Counted from the stretch's first letter, positions 10,559 to 21,924 are shown. The stretch is 64,000 bases of DNA from an uncultured cyanobacterium (GCA_963749915.1 CAVVOP010000008.1:320001-384000), one strand, 5' to 3'. Notes: generated by a model not told the origin, from the letters alone. Made by a program: numbers and translations.

Positions 10559-12304
10559 ATGAATAAATTAAGTCCGAATATCCATTACTTTGTCTCGATG
10601 TCATGTCCAGGATCTCATTTATTTGAAGTAACTTTAAATATTGAAAATTGGCAAGAAAAAACCTTAGATTTAAAAATGCCTGTGTGGACACCGGGATCCT
10701 ATTTAGTAAGGGAATATTCTCGACATTTACAAAATTTTACTGCTCATAATACCAAAAATAAAAATAATTTTAAATGGAAAAAACTAGCAAAAAACTATTG
10801 GGTTATTAATACTGAAAATCAAGCAAACATAACTGTAAAATATCAAATTTATGGTAATGATTTAACCGTCAGAACTAATCATTTAGATGCTACCCATGGT
10901 TATTTTAACGGGGCAGCATTATTTTTTTATCTACCCAATTATGAAAATTTTCCCTCAAAAATTACCATTAACTTGCCTCAATCTCATTGGCAAATCACAA
11001 CATCCTTACCAACAATATCTTCATCACAAAACACTTTTTTAGCCAAGAATTTTGATACTTTAGTTGATAGTCCCTTCGAAATTGGCACACAAAAAATTTA
11101 TGATTTTCAAGTCGATAATAAACCTCATCAATGGGTGATTTGGGGGGATGGTAATATTGAAGCCGAAAAACTGATTAAAGATACACAAAAGATTATCAAA
11201 ACCGAAGAGAAAATATTTGGTAGTTTACCCTATGATAATTACTTCTTTTTATTGCATTTATCCGCTAGTGGTTTTGGTGGGTTGGAGCATAAAAATTGTT
11301 GTGTGTTAAACTACCCCCGTTTTGCCTTTAAAAAACCAGAAAAATATAATCGCTTTATCCAATTAGTAGCCCACGAATATTTCCATCTTTGGAATGTCAA
11401 AAGAATCCGCCCTAAAGCTTTAGAAAGTTTTGATTATGACCAAGAAAATTATACAACGTCTTTATGGTTTTCCGAAGGTACAACCAGTTATTATGACATG
11501 ATTGTTCCCTTAAGGGCTGGTATTTATAATCGTCAAACATTTTTTGAGTTATTAAGTAAAGATATTAGCCAATATTTAACTATTCCGGGTAGGAATATTC
11601 AGCCTTTGAATGAATCAAGTTTTGATGCTTGGATTAAATTATATCGTCGTGATTCTTACAGTAATAACTGCCAAATTTCTTATTATTTAAAAGGGCAATT
11701 ACTAACTCTGCTGTTAGATTTACTCATTAGAAACAATAGTGATAGTCAAAAATCTTTTGATGATGTCATGAAGGAAATGTGGCTAAAATTTGGACAACAA
11801 GAAATCGGTTTTACTCCTGAACAATTAAAAGCAGAAATAGAAGCGATCGCCAGTACAGATTTAACAGAATTTTTCCACTTATATTTAGATACAACTACTG
11901 CCTTACCCTTCAATCAATATTTTGAACCTTTTGGCCTAAAATTAGAGCCACAAATAGACAACAATATACCACCCTATTTAGGCTTCAATATCCAGAAAAA
12001 AAATGGGACGGAAGAAATAACCTTTGTGGATGCTAATTCCCCAGCAGGAAAAGCCGGAATTGATGCTGAGGACCAGTTATTAGCTATCGATGGTTTTCAA
12101 GTCACCATAGATAATCTAACAGATAGATTACTAGATTATCAAGCCAATGACACTATCAAATTAACTTATTTTCATCAACAACAATTAAAAACCGTAGACA
12201 TAAAATTGGCCTCTGCACAACCTTCTAGTTATCAAGTAAAAATAATAGATAGTCCGAACCAAAAACAACAAGAAATGTTAGAGAAATGGCTTTTTAACAA
12301 TTAG
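10559..12304 (+). CDS. M61 family metalloaminopeptidase with PDZ domain
   Basis: MPVWTPGSY, GGLEH, HEYFHLWN zinc motif, LWFSEG.TSYY, C-terminal PDZ. Confidence 0.92.
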   Translation: MNKLSPNIHYFVSMSCPGSHLFEVTLNIENWQEKTLDLKMPVWTPGSYLVREYSRHLQNFTAHNTKNKNNFKWKKLAKNYWVINTENQANITVKYQIYGNDLTVRTNHLDATHGYFNGAALFFYLPNYENFPSKITINLPQSHWQITTSLPTISSSQNTFLAKNFDTLVDSPFEIGTQKIYDFQVDNKPHQWVIWGDGNIEAEKLIKDTQKIIKTEEKIFGSLPYDNYFFLLHLSASGFGGLEHKNCCVLNYPRFAFKKPEKYNRFIQLVAHEYFHLWNVKRIRPKALESFDYDQENYTTSLWFSEGTTSYYDMIVPLRAGIYNRQTFFELLSKDISQYLTIPGRNIQPLNESSFDAWIKLYRRDSYSNNCQISYYLKGQLLTLLLDLLIRNNSDSQKSFDDVMKEMWLKFGQQEIGFTPEQLKAEIEAIASTDLTEFFHLYLDTTTALPFNQYFEPFGLKLEPQIDNNIPPYLGFNIQKKNGTEEITFVDANSPAGKAGIDAEDQLLAIDGFQVTIDNLTDRLLDYQANDTIKLTYFHQQQLKTVDIKLASAQPSSYQVKIIDSPNQKQQEMLEKWLFNN

Positions 12305-12330
12305 AGATTAGGGTCGGCAATCAATCAATG

Positions 12331-12478
12331 CCCAATACTGCGAGGGTTTTGGAAAATACCAATGTGGTCGAGGTTAAGGCAGAAGGCAGAAGGTAATAAA
12401 TTCGTGTCACCTATTACTTACTTATTACTTATTACTTATTACTTTTCCCTCACAGTAACCTTTTTGGCAAGCTTCCGA
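12331..12478. mobile_element. MITE of the CCCAATACTGC-TIR family (empty form)
   Basis: starts CCCAATACTGCGAGGG; contains (TTATTAC)n and CTCACAGTAACC arm shared with 9590-9647 and 53555-54126. Confidence 0.65.
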
Positions 12479-12566
12479 ATCTGACACCACGATGTCATAA
12501 ATGTCTAAGTCTCCAGTTAAATAAAGCATTTGGGACATTTTCTTTAAGCCCTGTGAATAATACAGA

Positions 12567-13061
12567 TTAAGGACAATTAAGAGTATCAATGGTTTTTCTA
12601 CCAGTAACAGGGTTACTGCCACTAGCCATTTTACATAATAATTCTTCCACATCAGGACGCAAGATTACATCGGTAAAATCTGCCCCTTCAATATTGGCTT
12701 TTTCAAATTTAGTGTTAGTAGCAAAAGCCCCTTCAAGAATAGCATTATGGAGATTCACCCGTGTCATCCTTGCAGAATCTAATACCGCATTAGTTAAATT
12801 AGCACTTTCTAAATTTGCAGAATCCATATTAGCACCGAAAAAACTAACCCCTTGTAAATTCGCATTGCTTAAATTGCTACTACGGAGATTAGCCTTATTA
12901 AAAGTTGATCCTACCAAATCTTGTCCAGAAAAATTACTCTCAAATAAATCTCTTTTGGTGTAATCTAATGCTTGTACAGGATTAACGATGGTGATAAAAC
13001 CGATCATTAATGCCAAACTCAAACCAATTAATTTTAATAAAATCATCATGATTATTTTCAA
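12567..13061 (-). CDS. pentapeptide repeat protein (signal peptide, probably lumenal/periplasmic)
   Basis: A(N/D)LxxA repeats; C-terminal C...G.NPVTG..T..TL.C. Confidence 0.9.
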   Translation of the reverse strand: MKIIMMILLKLIGLSLALMIGFITIVNPVQALDYTKRDLFESNFSGQDLVGSTFNKANLRSSNLSNANLQGVSFFGANMDSANLESANLTNAVLDSARMTRVNLHNAILEGAFATNTKFEKANIEGADFTDVILRPDVEELLCKMASGSNPVTGRKTIDTLNCP

Positions 13062-13220
13062 GAATATTTTCTTTTAATAAATAGTAACTACTAGTCTATC
13101 AAGATAGAAACGAGGAACAAAAGTTGTAAATTTTTCGATCATCCTCCGATTCCCTGACATTCAGCAGTCTTATTTGTATAAAATGTACTTGACAAAGTCT
13201 CCAGACCGATGACAGGGAAT

Positions 13221-14600
13221 TTAAACTTCCATGGTTTCTTTCTCTTTTCCTGTCACTAAGTCGGGATAATGTTCATGATTAAAGGATTCATTCATTAAGT
13301 TTTTCTCGCTTATTTCCCCTGTAATTAATCTTGCACCCCTACCTCTAGTTAGATAATTCCACCCCCACTGAAGCATTACCACTAATTTATTATCAAATTC
13401 GATTAAGTAGTAAATGTGTGCAAATACCCACACTAACCAAGCCAGAATTCCTGATAATTTAACAAATTCTAAGTTTGCCACCGCATGATTATCACCGATT
13501 ACAGCTAAACTTCCTTTGTCGATATATTGGAAAGGTGCCATGGCTTTGCCTTTAATTTTTGCTTTAATGTATTTTGCCATATATTGCCCTTGTTCCATCG
13601 CCACTGGTGCAATGCCGGGCAGGGGTTTATTATCTTGATGAGAAAAATTAGCCAAATCCCCCACTACAAAGATATGAGGATGATCTTTGATGCTTAAATT
13701 TGGTTCAACCATAATTCTACCTGCCCGATCAGTTTGTGCGTTAGTTTTTTTGGCGATAACTCCCCCTAAATCAGAGGCCTTCACCCCTGCTGCCCATAAA
13801 ATTGTCCTAGCTTTGATGATTTCCTCTTCTTCCCCATAACGGATATTCACCCTACTCTTCTGAATATTGGTCACCATGCGATTAGTTAATACCGTCACCC
13901 CCAAATATTCAAGGGATTCCTGGGCCTTTTGGGATAAGTCTTGGGGATAGGGCGGTAAAATCCGATTCAGTCCCTCAATTAACAAAATTTTCGTTTTCGT
14001 GGTATCTATTTCCTGAAAATCGTCTTTGATAATCTTATGGGCAATTTCGGCGATGGCACCGGCTAATTCCACTCCTGTAGGGCCACCACCGACAATAACG
14101 AAAGTCAACCATTCTTGTTTTTCTTCAAGGGAAGAAACTTTTTCCGCTTCCTCAAAAGCAAGGAAGATTTTACGACGAATATCAAGGGCATTTTCAATAC
14201 TTTTTAAGCCGGGAGCGTAATTTTCCCAATGTTCATTCCCGAAGTAGTGATGACTTACCCCAGTACCAATGATTAAATAGTCATAGTTTAAGATACCCTC
14301 ACGCATAATAACCTGTTTTTGTTCGGGGTTTATATCTACTACTTCATCTAAGACAACATGAGTATTCTCATTTCTGCCGACAATTAACCGTAAAGGAGAA
14401 CAAATTTCCGCCGGGGATAAACTACCCGTAGCTACTTGATATAAAAGAGGTTGGAAAAGGTGAAAATTGCGTTTATCAATCAAGGTTACTTTCACGGGTG
14501 TATTGCCTAACTCTTTAGCGGCATATAATCCTGCAAAGCCTCCTCCTACTATCACCACATGAGGTTGATCAGATTCCTTTTGAATATTATACATAATCAA
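13221..14600 (-). CDS. type II NAD(P)H dehydrogenase (NDH-2)
   Basis: VVIVGGGFAG, HLFQPLLYQVATG, IVGGGPTGVELAG, WAAGV, FVVGD. Confidence 0.92.
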   Translation of the reverse strand: MIMYNIQKESDQPHVVIVGGGFAGLYAAKELGNTPVKVTLIDKRNFHLFQPLLYQVATGSLSPAEICSPLRLIVGRNENTHVVLDEVVDINPEQKQVIMREGILNYDYLIIGTGVSHHYFGNEHWENYAPGLKSIENALDIRRKIFLAFEEAEKVSSLEEKQEWLTFVIVGGGPTGVELAGAIAEIAHKIIKDDFQEIDTTKTKILLIEGLNRILPPYPQDLSQKAQESLEYLGVTVLTNRMVTNIQKSRVNIRYGEEEEIIKARTILWAAGVKASDLGGVIAKKTNAQTDRAGRIMVEPNLSIKDHPHIFVVGDLANFSHQDNKPLPGIAPVAMEQGQYMAKYIKAKIKGKAMAPFQYIDKGSLAVIGDNHAVANLEFVKLSGILAWLVWVFAHIYYLIEFDNKLVVMLQWGWNYLTRGRGARLITGEISEKNLMNESFNHEHYPDLVTGKEKETMEV

Positions 14601-14732
14601 TATGAGCTATAGAGTATTACTGATTTAACTAGTTTAAATACTAGATTAGAGGATTAAATTAGACTTTGAAGTAATCAACCATACATTTTAAGACGAGTCA
14701 GTCAGGATTCACACACAAAAATTTTTTGAACA

Positions 14733-14756
14733 ATAATGACAAAAATTTGCAATAAT
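14733..14756. promoter_or_regulatory. possible Fur box upstream of bfd
   Basis: ATAATGACAAAAATTTGCAATAAT resembles Fur operators and lies ~40 nt upstream of an iron-related gene; AT-rich background limits certainty. Confidence 0.4.
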
Positions 14757-14796
14757 GTTAGTATAGTTTAGAATTTAATAATAAAAAAGGTTTAGG

Positions 14797-14982
14797 ATGT
14801 ACGTCTGTATTTGTAACGCTATAACCGAAAAAGATATTCATAAAGCTGTAGAAGAAGGAATTTCTACCCTAGAAAAACTCTCGGAAGTAACCTCTGTTTC
14901 CAAACATTGTGGTTGTTGTGCAGATCATGCTTCTAAAGTTTTACAGGAAGTGATCATTCGTCGTACAGCCATTAGCAATTAG
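14797..14982 (+). CDS. bfd: bacterioferritin-associated [2Fe-2S] ferredoxin
   Basis: MYVCICNAITE...CGCC motif. Confidence 0.88.
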   Translation: MYVCICNAITEKDIHKAVEEGISTLEKLSEVTSVSKHCGCCADHASKVLQEVIIRRTAISN

Positions 14983-15156
14983 GGACACCAATTTTGGAAT
15001 GAGGGATAGGAGAATTCTCCAAAATTATCCGTTCCCATGGTCTAGCTGAGAGCTTGGGACATCAAAACCAAGATTAATCCCCATAATGCAACGGGAATGA
15101 CTATCAATTATTTTCATGTTTGCTCTTATTTCTATATAATTACTTTATTAATACAA

Positions 15157-15196
15157 AAAGACAATGAAGTGAAAAAGGTTTCACGTCCTTGTCTTT
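15157..15196 (-). terminator. probable intrinsic terminator of the fasciclin gene
   Basis: stem AAAGACAA..GTGAAA/TTTCAC..TTGTCTTT followed by a T run on the - strand. Confidence 0.55.
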
Positions 15197-15230
15197 GCTA
15201 ACTAAAACCTATTCAGTTTTCAAAAATTAA

Positions 15231-15785
15231 TTATTTAGAAGGTATAATTACTTTATCAATAACGTGAATAACACCATTGCTTGCATTGATGTCAGCTTTC
15301 ACTACTTGGGCGTCATTAACTTTAACCCCCTCACCAAGTTGAATATTTACGTCACTTCCTTCGACGGTAGTTACGTTACCTGCTTTTAGGTCGGTGGACA
15401 AAACAGCATCAGCAACAACATGATAAGTCAGAATCTTGATTAATACCTCCTTATTCTCTGGTTTAAGCAACTCCTCTAAAGTTCCTTCTGGCAAAGCAGC
15501 AAAGGCTTCATCTGTAGGGGCAAAAACGGTAAAAGGACCGTCTCCTTCAAGTACAGTTACTAAATCAGCTGCTTTTAAAGCTGCGATAAGTGTGTTGAAA
15601 GAACCTGCTGAAGTCGCAATCTCCACAATTGTTTGCTGATTTTCAGCTGCCACTGTTTGAGATTGTTCGGCAGCTTCCTTGTCAAGAGAATGATTCATTC
15701 CAGCCATTACAGCAGTACTCGAAATGGTGCTTACGAGAGTAAGGCTACTAACTAATAATTTAATCGATTGGGAAGAGTTAAACAT
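15231..15785 (-). CDS. fasciclin (FAS1) domain protein
   Basis: signal peptide; [32 protein letters not shown]. Confidence 0.93.
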   Translation of the reverse strand: MFNSSQSIKLLVSSLTLVSTISSTAVMAGMNHSLDKEAAEQSQTVAAENQQTIVEIATSAGSFNTLIAALKAADLVTVLEGDGPFTVFAPTDEAFAALPEGTLEELLKPENKEVLIKILTYHVVADAVLSTDLKAGNVTTVEGSDVNIQLGEGVKVNDAQVVKADINASNGVIHVIDKVIIPSK

Positions 15786-15930
15786 GCTAAAAAACTTTTT
15801 CGTTATTGTTTAAGAAGTAAAATGCTCGAGGCAATTATTCTTAGTGTAACAAAATAATAAATTTTTATAAAGATTTATTACGGGATTCTTTACAAAATGG
15901 GACCTATCCATAATAATCAGGAAATAAGTT

Positions 15931-16030
15931 ATGGAAAATACTCGTCTTCAATCAAGGAATGAGTTGTGCTTCTTGTGCTTCTAAAATTGAACAAGCGATC
16001 GCATCTGAAGTGGGTAAGATGCAAAGTGCA
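15931..16030 (+). pseudogene. heavy-metal-associated (HMA) domain remnant (Cu-ATPase/chaperone N-terminus)
   Basis: MENTRLQ then, after a frameshift, GMSCASCASKIEQAIAS; no downstream ATPase sequence. Confidence 0.7.
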
Positions 16031-16367
16031 AGAAAAAAAACAATCAAACTGCCAACCAGATGAAATAATGGGGGAATGGATTGGAAAATGACTTAATTAG
16101 CTATCCCACAGTTATTTGATGCACGACCCCCTGAATCAAGAATTGAGAATCAATATTTGTTAGAATAATAGTATATAAACCCTAAATCTGTTGAGGAGGT
16201 CATGTCATGAAATCCTACAAACGACTTTACGAAAAACAGGCTCAAAAACGAGTATTTCCCAAATCTGTTCGTACCACCGAAAAACTTTTTAAACACCGTG
16301 ACAGGGGCGTTCATCCTGGACGAGTAAAGGCTTCTTGATGCGGAAATATGAGGCAGGGGTACTCCCG

Positions 16368-16800
16368 AGGGTAGGTTTTTAATATTTCGGTGAAGGTGAG
16401 ACAAGGAAGCTTAGAAGACAGATGAACAAGGAAGATAGTATGAACGAAAAACAGTCTTTTCAACGATCCTTGTAATACCTATAACCGGACTCCACTTATA
16501 AAGAAAGATGGATGGAAAGAAAGGGATCTTTTTCGGCGTCGAATCTCACCGTTCGCTCATTTTACAACTGAGTTGCTTGATAAAGAAGCTGAATTATTGG
16601 GGTGTAAATTTTTTTTAGTCTAAACTAGGAACGTCAAGATGGGCAGGAAAAGGTGGCAGTTATCGAACCATTCAAAGATTTTTTCACGGCCTAAAGAATT
16701 CGCCCACTCTTCTGGGGCTATTTTTTTGTGCCCATTGCTTTTGTCCAGGAGAAGCTTGTGCTTTGCGGTGAGGATGAATTAGTGACAACTAAATCAGGCT
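16368..16800 (+). mobile_element. degraded IS end plus transposase N-terminal remnant
   Basis: GAGGGTAGGTTTTT and GAGACAAGG..GATAGTA..ACGAAAAA resemble 8038 and 53404 ends; 16624-16800 translates to SRWAGKGGSYRTIQRFFH...DE.VTTKSG (IS4-like transposase), interrupted. Confidence 0.65.
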
Positions 16801-16970
16801 AATGGATAGGATTATAATCATTGAATAGAGTTATAAATGGTCTATGAATAGTGCTAAGCATTTTAGGATTGCTATATTTTTTGATATTTTCTAGCTTGCC
16901 ATAGTACCCTTTATGTTAAATTAAGATGGTTTTCCCCATTTTTTATTTATTTTAACATTTGTAATGAGTT

Positions 16971-17534
16971 ATGTTTTGGCTTAATTTAACTATTTTTTTG
17001 TTATTTTTCCCCACTAGTTTAGGATTGTTATGGCAATCCTTTACTCTAAATAATTTATCAGATCAGTTAATATCTTTTGCCTTCTTTTTATTTTCTTTAG
17101 AACAAGCAAGAATGGCTATTATTGACCTAAAACCATGTTTATTTGATAAAAATAAACTTCAAAAATCAGTTTATATAAATTTTTATATAGTAATTTTTAC
17201 TACTTTAATTATAGAATTATATGGTTTTTATTTAGCTTTATTTTCATTAGGATGGGGGGCAATATTTGTTTTAATTAGTCAACTTTGGTTTAATTGTTTC
17301 GCACAAATTAAAGTAACAGAAACGGAAAATGTCATGATTCAAGATTATACTTTTTCTGACAAAATAATCGTTTTATCTGCTGATGTGATCGCTTTAATAT
17401 TAATGAGTTTGTGGGTGATGAATTTTTATCCTCTAACCATTGCTTTGGGAATGTTGACTATTACCTTAACCTTTGGGACTCTTAAATATGGTGGATTTGT
17501 GGTGGGAATGAACCCAAAGACCTCAAAAAATTAA
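16971..17534 (+). CDS. hypothetical integral membrane protein
   Basis: 187-aa ORF with several hydrophobic segments. Confidence 0.7.
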   Translation: MFWLNLTIFLLFFPTSLGLLWQSFTLNNLSDQLISFAFFLFSLEQARMAIIDLKPCLFDKNKLQKSVYINFYIVIFTTLIIELYGFYLALFSLGWGAIFVLISQLWFNCFAQIKVTETENVMIQDYTFSDKIIVLSADVIALILMSLWVMNFYPLTIALGMLTITLTFGTLKYGGFVVGMNPKTSKN

Positions 17535-17567
17535 TCATGGTAGGATTTTACTCAAAGCTGTTGCAGT

Positions 17568-19046
17568 CTAATTATTAATTGTTACTTGCTGATTGCCGTA
17601 TAAAATGACAGTAGCTTGGACTTCACTCCAACGGGTGATTAAATTAGGTTGTAAACCAAAAATAATTATTAAAAAAGCGAGAAGTAACGCTGGTATTCTT
17701 TCACTCCATAAAACTTTCGGTAAATTACTTAATTCTGGAGTTAAGCGTCCAAAAAATACTTTGTTTACCATTAATAAGAAGTAAACTGCCGTTAATCCTG
17801 TGCCGATTAAGCATAATAAAGTAGGGATGGGGAAAATAGGAAAACTACCTCTAAATACAAGAAATTCCGAGATAAAACCTACCATGCCGGGAATGCCAGA
17901 ACTAGCCATTACTGCCACAATCATTAAGCTACCCGTGACGGGTAAGCCTTTTTCGGGGTTGAGTAAACCTCTTAAATAATCCACGTCTCGACTGCCGGTT
18001 TTTTTATAAACGATCCCAACGAGAATAAATAACATCGCGGAGATTAAACCGTGACTTATCATCTGTAAAATGGAGGCATTTAAACTAAGTCTGGTAGTTG
18101 CCGCCGCTGCTAATAATATATAAGCCATGTGGGCAATAGATGAATAGGCCACTACTTTTTTCATGTCTTTCTGGGCGATGGCACAAGTCGCACCATATAA
18201 AGCACTAATCGCCGCTAAAATTGCCAAGTAAGGTGCTAGAATTACCCATGCGTCTCGGAAGAAACCGATACCGAACCGTAATAAGCCATAAGTACCAAGT
18301 TTAAGTAATACTCCAGCCAACAGGACAGATACAGGAGTACTGGCTTCCACGTGTGCATCGGGTAGCCAAGTATGGAAGGGAAAAATAGGGATTTTAATAA
18401 ATAAACCGATTAGAAGGGGGATTAATAGTAATAATTGGCTATTTACCGTTAAAGAATGGGATTTTAACGGCTCAAATGCAAAGGTAGATTCGCCACTTAA
18501 CCATACTAGACCTAAAAAGGAGATGAACACTAAAAATCCTGATAAGACGGTATAGAGTAGGAATTTCATGGCGGCATAACCTCTTTTTGCCCCCCCCCAG
18601 ACGGCAATGAGGAAATATAAAGGTACAATTTCTATTTCATAAAAAAGGAAAAATAACAGTAAATTTTGTGCTAAAAATGCCCCAGCTACTCCTCCGCTTA
18701 ATAGTAAAATCATGCCATAATAAAAACGAGGGCGTTGTATATCTTTAGGGGTGATATAAAGAGCAATTAGAGTTAATAAACTATTAAGACATAGAAGAGG
18801 AAAAGATAAGCCATCTAGGCCTAAGTTATAGTCCAAACCTAACCAGCTTAACCAGATAAAACTTTCGCTAAATTGTAAGCCTAAAGAGTCGATTTGAAAA
18901 TTTAATCCTAAAATAATATTAAGAAGACAAATTATTCCTGCTATTATTAAAGCAATATTGCGATAAATTAAGGTATTTTTAAAACTAGGTGAAAAACAGA
19001 TTACTATAGTGCCAATTATAGGAATCCAAATAAATGAACTAAGCAT
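17568..19046 (-). CDS. ndhD4: NDH-1 subunit D4 (low-affinity CO2 uptake)
   Basis: NuoM-family motifs ([26 protein letters not shown]); directly downstream of ndhF4. Confidence 0.85.
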   Translation of the reverse strand: MLSSFIWIPIIGTIVICFSPSFKNTLIYRNIALIIAGIICLLNIILGLNFQIDSLGLQFSESFIWLSWLGLDYNLGLDGLSFPLLCLNSLLTLIALYITPKDIQRPRFYYGMILLLSGGVAGAFLAQNLLLFFLFYEIEIVPLYFLIAVWGGAKRGYAAMKFLLYTVLSGFLVFISFLGLVWLSGESTFAFEPLKSHSLTVNSQLLLLIPLLIGLFIKIPIFPFHTWLPDAHVEASTPVSVLLAGVLLKLGTYGLLRFGIGFFRDAWVILAPYLAILAAISALYGATCAIAQKDMKKVVAYSSIAHMAYILLAAAATTRLSLNASILQMISHGLISAMLFILVGIVYKKTGSRDVDYLRGLLNPEKGLPVTGSLMIVAVMASSGIPGMVGFISEFLVFRGSFPIFPIPTLLCLIGTGLTAVYFLLMVNKVFFGRLTPELSNLPKVLWSERIPALLLAFLIIIFGLQPNLITRWSEVQATVILYGNQQVTINN

Positions 19047-19151
19047 AGATTAACAAATGAGTAATTAGCAATTAAAGATTTAAAATTATTAAACTTTTAG
19101 CAGAAGTCACAAAACTTTCAATGGGAAGATAAATGAAGAAGAACAGTTAAT

Positions 19152-21044
19152 TTAATAAACTGATGACCAGTAGTTGATAATATTTTCCCATTGGCCACTT
19201 AAAATTGACCACATTAATAAACTGACGCCGATGATAATAGTTAGAATATAAAATTGTGATTGTCCAGAGGTGTTATATTTAAGGGCACTACCGCTAAAAA
19301 CCGTTGCTAAACTCACAAGGTTAACTACTCCATCAATAATATAACGATCGCACCAATTAGTAAATTTGGCTAAATTAGAGACAAAAGCCACCACCGTAAA
19401 CTGGTAGATTTTATCAAGGTAAAAATCGTAGGCTAAAAGATCCTGAATAACACGAATAGACTTTTGTACAGGACGATTCCATGCTCTTCTTAAAGGAATA
19501 AAAGCACCAATTAAGCAACCAACCGCCCCAGAAGCCATAATTAACGGTAATCCATAATTAGCGACGGCAGTAGTATTATTAATGATGGGGGTAAGAGAAC
19601 TTAGCCACAGAGAATAATTTAAGGGTAAAAAAGGAGCACTTAAAGTAATGATAGTCAGTGCCACCATGGGTACAGCCATTTGCCAAGGTACTTCGGGGGC
19701 GCGACGACTTTTTTGTTGTGGTTTGCCGAGAAAAACTAAACGAAAAACTCTCATAAAATTCACGGCATTGACGAAATTAACTATTAATAAAATAGTCAAT
19801 AACCACCAAGTAACCCCTAAGTTACCATTAAACCAACGACTAAAAGTCATTAACATTCCCAAAGGTAATAACGCCACAATTCCTGCACTGCCTGTCATAT
19901 AGGCGACAGTAGTTGCCGGCATTTTTGACCAAAGTCCCCCCAATTCGGTAATATTTTGAACAGTAGTTGTTAAAATGGTGGAACCAGCACTCATGAATAA
20001 TAAAGCCTTTGCTACCCCATGAGTGAATAATATCAGGAAGGCAATATCTACATGACCCAAACCCACAGCGATAAAGACTAAGCCTAAATAGGCACTGGTA
20101 GAATGGCATAAAGTACGTTTGAGATCAATTTGTGCTAAGGCAATTAATGAACCACCGATGGCGGTAATTGCACCAATGACAATTAAAGTATCTGCCACCA
20201 CAGGGGATAAGCGAAAAACAGGCTCTAATTTTATTAGTACATAAGCACCAGCAGAAACTACGATTGAATTACGCATAATACTAGCTGGACTAGGTCCTTC
20301 CATCCCCTCATCAAGCCAGAGATTTAGAGGGAATTGAGCACATTTGCCGATAGGTCCTGCAATTAAGGCTAAACCGATTAAAGTTGTCGTAAAAATCGTT
20401 AAAGGGGCAGTTTCTGCCCAAGTTTGGAGTTGTGAAAAACTCAATCCAGCACCGTCACTAGAAAGTGCCACAATACCCATAAGTAAGAGAATGTCTCCCA
20501 CTCGTTTTGTTAAAAAAGCATCCCTAGCAGCGGTGACAACTAACGGTTGTGCATACCAGAAACCCACTAATAAATAAGTAGACAGGGTGAGTAATTCTAA
20601 TAAACCATAACTGAGTAACAGAGAGTCACTTAAAGCAATGCCCCCCAAAGCACCCTCAAAAAAGCCCATTAGGCCAAAAAACCGAGCTAATGCCCAATCT
20701 TTTTCCATGTAGCCTAATGCAAATACTTGGGCGAGAAGACTAATGCCTGTTACTAATTGTAATGCTCCGGCACTAACAGGAGAAATTTCGATAGTGAAAG
20801 ATAAATCTAATTCGGCAATGCTAAACCAGTGAAAAACGAGACTTTGAGTAGGTTTTTGCCAAATATGGCTATAAACGATACTATCATGGATAAAAGATAG
20901 TAATGTCATAAAAATATTTATATAAGCGGCTGGTCGTGGCCCTGTTCTACGAATAAAACCTAACGCCCAAGGCAGACTAAAAATAGCCCCTAATAAACCA
21001 TAGAAGGGTATTAACCAAATATACTGTACTAAAAAATCTATCAT
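19152..21044 (-). CDS. ndhF4: NDH-1 subunit F4 (low-affinity CO2 uptake)
   Basis: WLIPFYGLLG..SLPW...RTGPRPAAY, GYMEKDWALARF, QPLVVTAARDAFLTKRVGD; AAY variant fits F4 rather than F3. Confidence 0.85.
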   Translation of the reverse strand: MIDFLVQYIWLIPFYGLLGAIFSLPWALGFIRRTGPRPAAYINIFMTLLSFIHDSIVYSHIWQKPTQSLVFHWFSIAELDLSFTIEISPVSAGALQLVTGISLLAQVFALGYMEKDWALARFFGLMGFFEGALGGIALSDSLLLSYGLLELLTLSTYLLVGFWYAQPLVVTAARDAFLTKRVGDILLLMGIVALSSDGAGLSFSQLQTWAETAPLTIFTTTLIGLALIAGPIGKCAQFPLNLWLDEGMEGPSPASIMRNSIVVSAGAYVLIKLEPVFRLSPVVADTLIVIGAITAIGGSLIALAQIDLKRTLCHSTSAYLGLVFIAVGLGHVDIAFLILFTHGVAKALLFMSAGSTILTTTVQNITELGGLWSKMPATTVAYMTGSAGIVALLPLGMLMTFSRWFNGNLGVTWWLLTILLIVNFVNAVNFMRVFRLVFLGKPQQKSRRAPEVPWQMAVPMVALTIITLSAPFLPLNYSLWLSSLTPIINNTTAVANYGLPLIMASGAVGCLIGAFIPLRRAWNRPVQKSIRVIQDLLAYDFYLDKIYQFTVVAFVSNLAKFTNWCDRYIIDGVVNLVSLATVFSGSALKYNTSGQSQFYILTIIIGVSLLMWSILSGQWENIINYWSSVY

Positions 21045-21196
21045 TCCTTCTTTTTAAGATATCGATCCTCAAAACATAATGGATCAATCTTATAGCAATC
21101 TGTTAACCGATCGTAGGATTCTCTATAAAAGATCCTAATATAGCGATCTAAAGACTAACTAAAAACCGAGGTAAAAATTTCCTTAATTAATATTTT

Positions 21197-21898
21197 TTAC
21201 ACTAAATGACGGTAAACATTAATAGGAATTCCCGTGCGTTTTTTTACATCTAATAAAGACTGATATTGTCCTTTTCGTTTTCTTTCTAAAACAATTTTTA
21301 TAGCACTTTTTTCATCAATACTATGACCCATCAATTCTTCCACAGAAAGAGTATTTAATCTACGCCAAGAAACATCAAATTCTTTTCGTAAATCATAGCC
21401 AAAAACTATTAGAGGTTCAATACGTCTTAAAACATTTTCGGGAATACCCACCACATCTGATAACTCATCAATATCGGTAAAAATATAGCCCTCACGTCTT
21501 AAAGAATCAATATCATTAGCATAAATAATGGATAAACCTAATTGATAAACTATATCATCTTTGGAACAATTATTAATATCAACTTGTCCTCGGTTTTCTG
21601 CCATTAATTGTGCTATTTTTGTAGAAGGAATTAAGACTCCTTTTGGTGCTGTTTTTATTAGATAATTTGGTTTAATTTTAAAGGCAATAAAAATTTGACT
21701 AATCCAGATTAAATATACTGATGAGGGTATTAATGATGATAAAAGAATAGAACCCAATGTTAATCCCCCGCCGATAAATAACCATGAATTTGTTTTTGCT
21801 TTCCATCCGGCATAAACGAGAGAAATTCCTCCAAAAATTGGCAAAAACGACCACCATAGCCATTGTGGATTTTTGTCAAACCAGTTATTATTAGACAC
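21197..21898 (-). CDS. membrane protein with ComEA-like helix-hairpin-helix domains
   Basis: N-terminal TM segments; VDINNCS, RLNTLSVEEL, YQSLLDVKKRTGI HhH-like repeats. Confidence 0.75.
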   Translation of the reverse strand: MSNNNWFDKNPQWLWWSFLPIFGGISLVYAGWKAKTNSWLFIGGGLTLGSILLSSLIPSSVYLIWISQIFIAFKIKPNYLIKTAPKGVLIPSTKIAQLMAENRGQVDINNCSKDDIVYQLGLSIIYANDIDSLRREGYIFTDIDELSDVVGIPENVLRRIEPLIVFGYDLRKEFDVSWRRLNTLSVEELMGHSIDEKSAIKIVLERKRKGQYQSLLDVKKRTGIPINVYRHLV

Positions 21899-21924
21899 AG
21901 TTAATTATTTTTTTCATCTATAGT

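Noticed and set aside
17568..21044. ndhF4-ndhD4 without adjacent cupB
   Set aside because: cupB is known to be unlinked in some cyanobacteria, so this is not evidence of loss.
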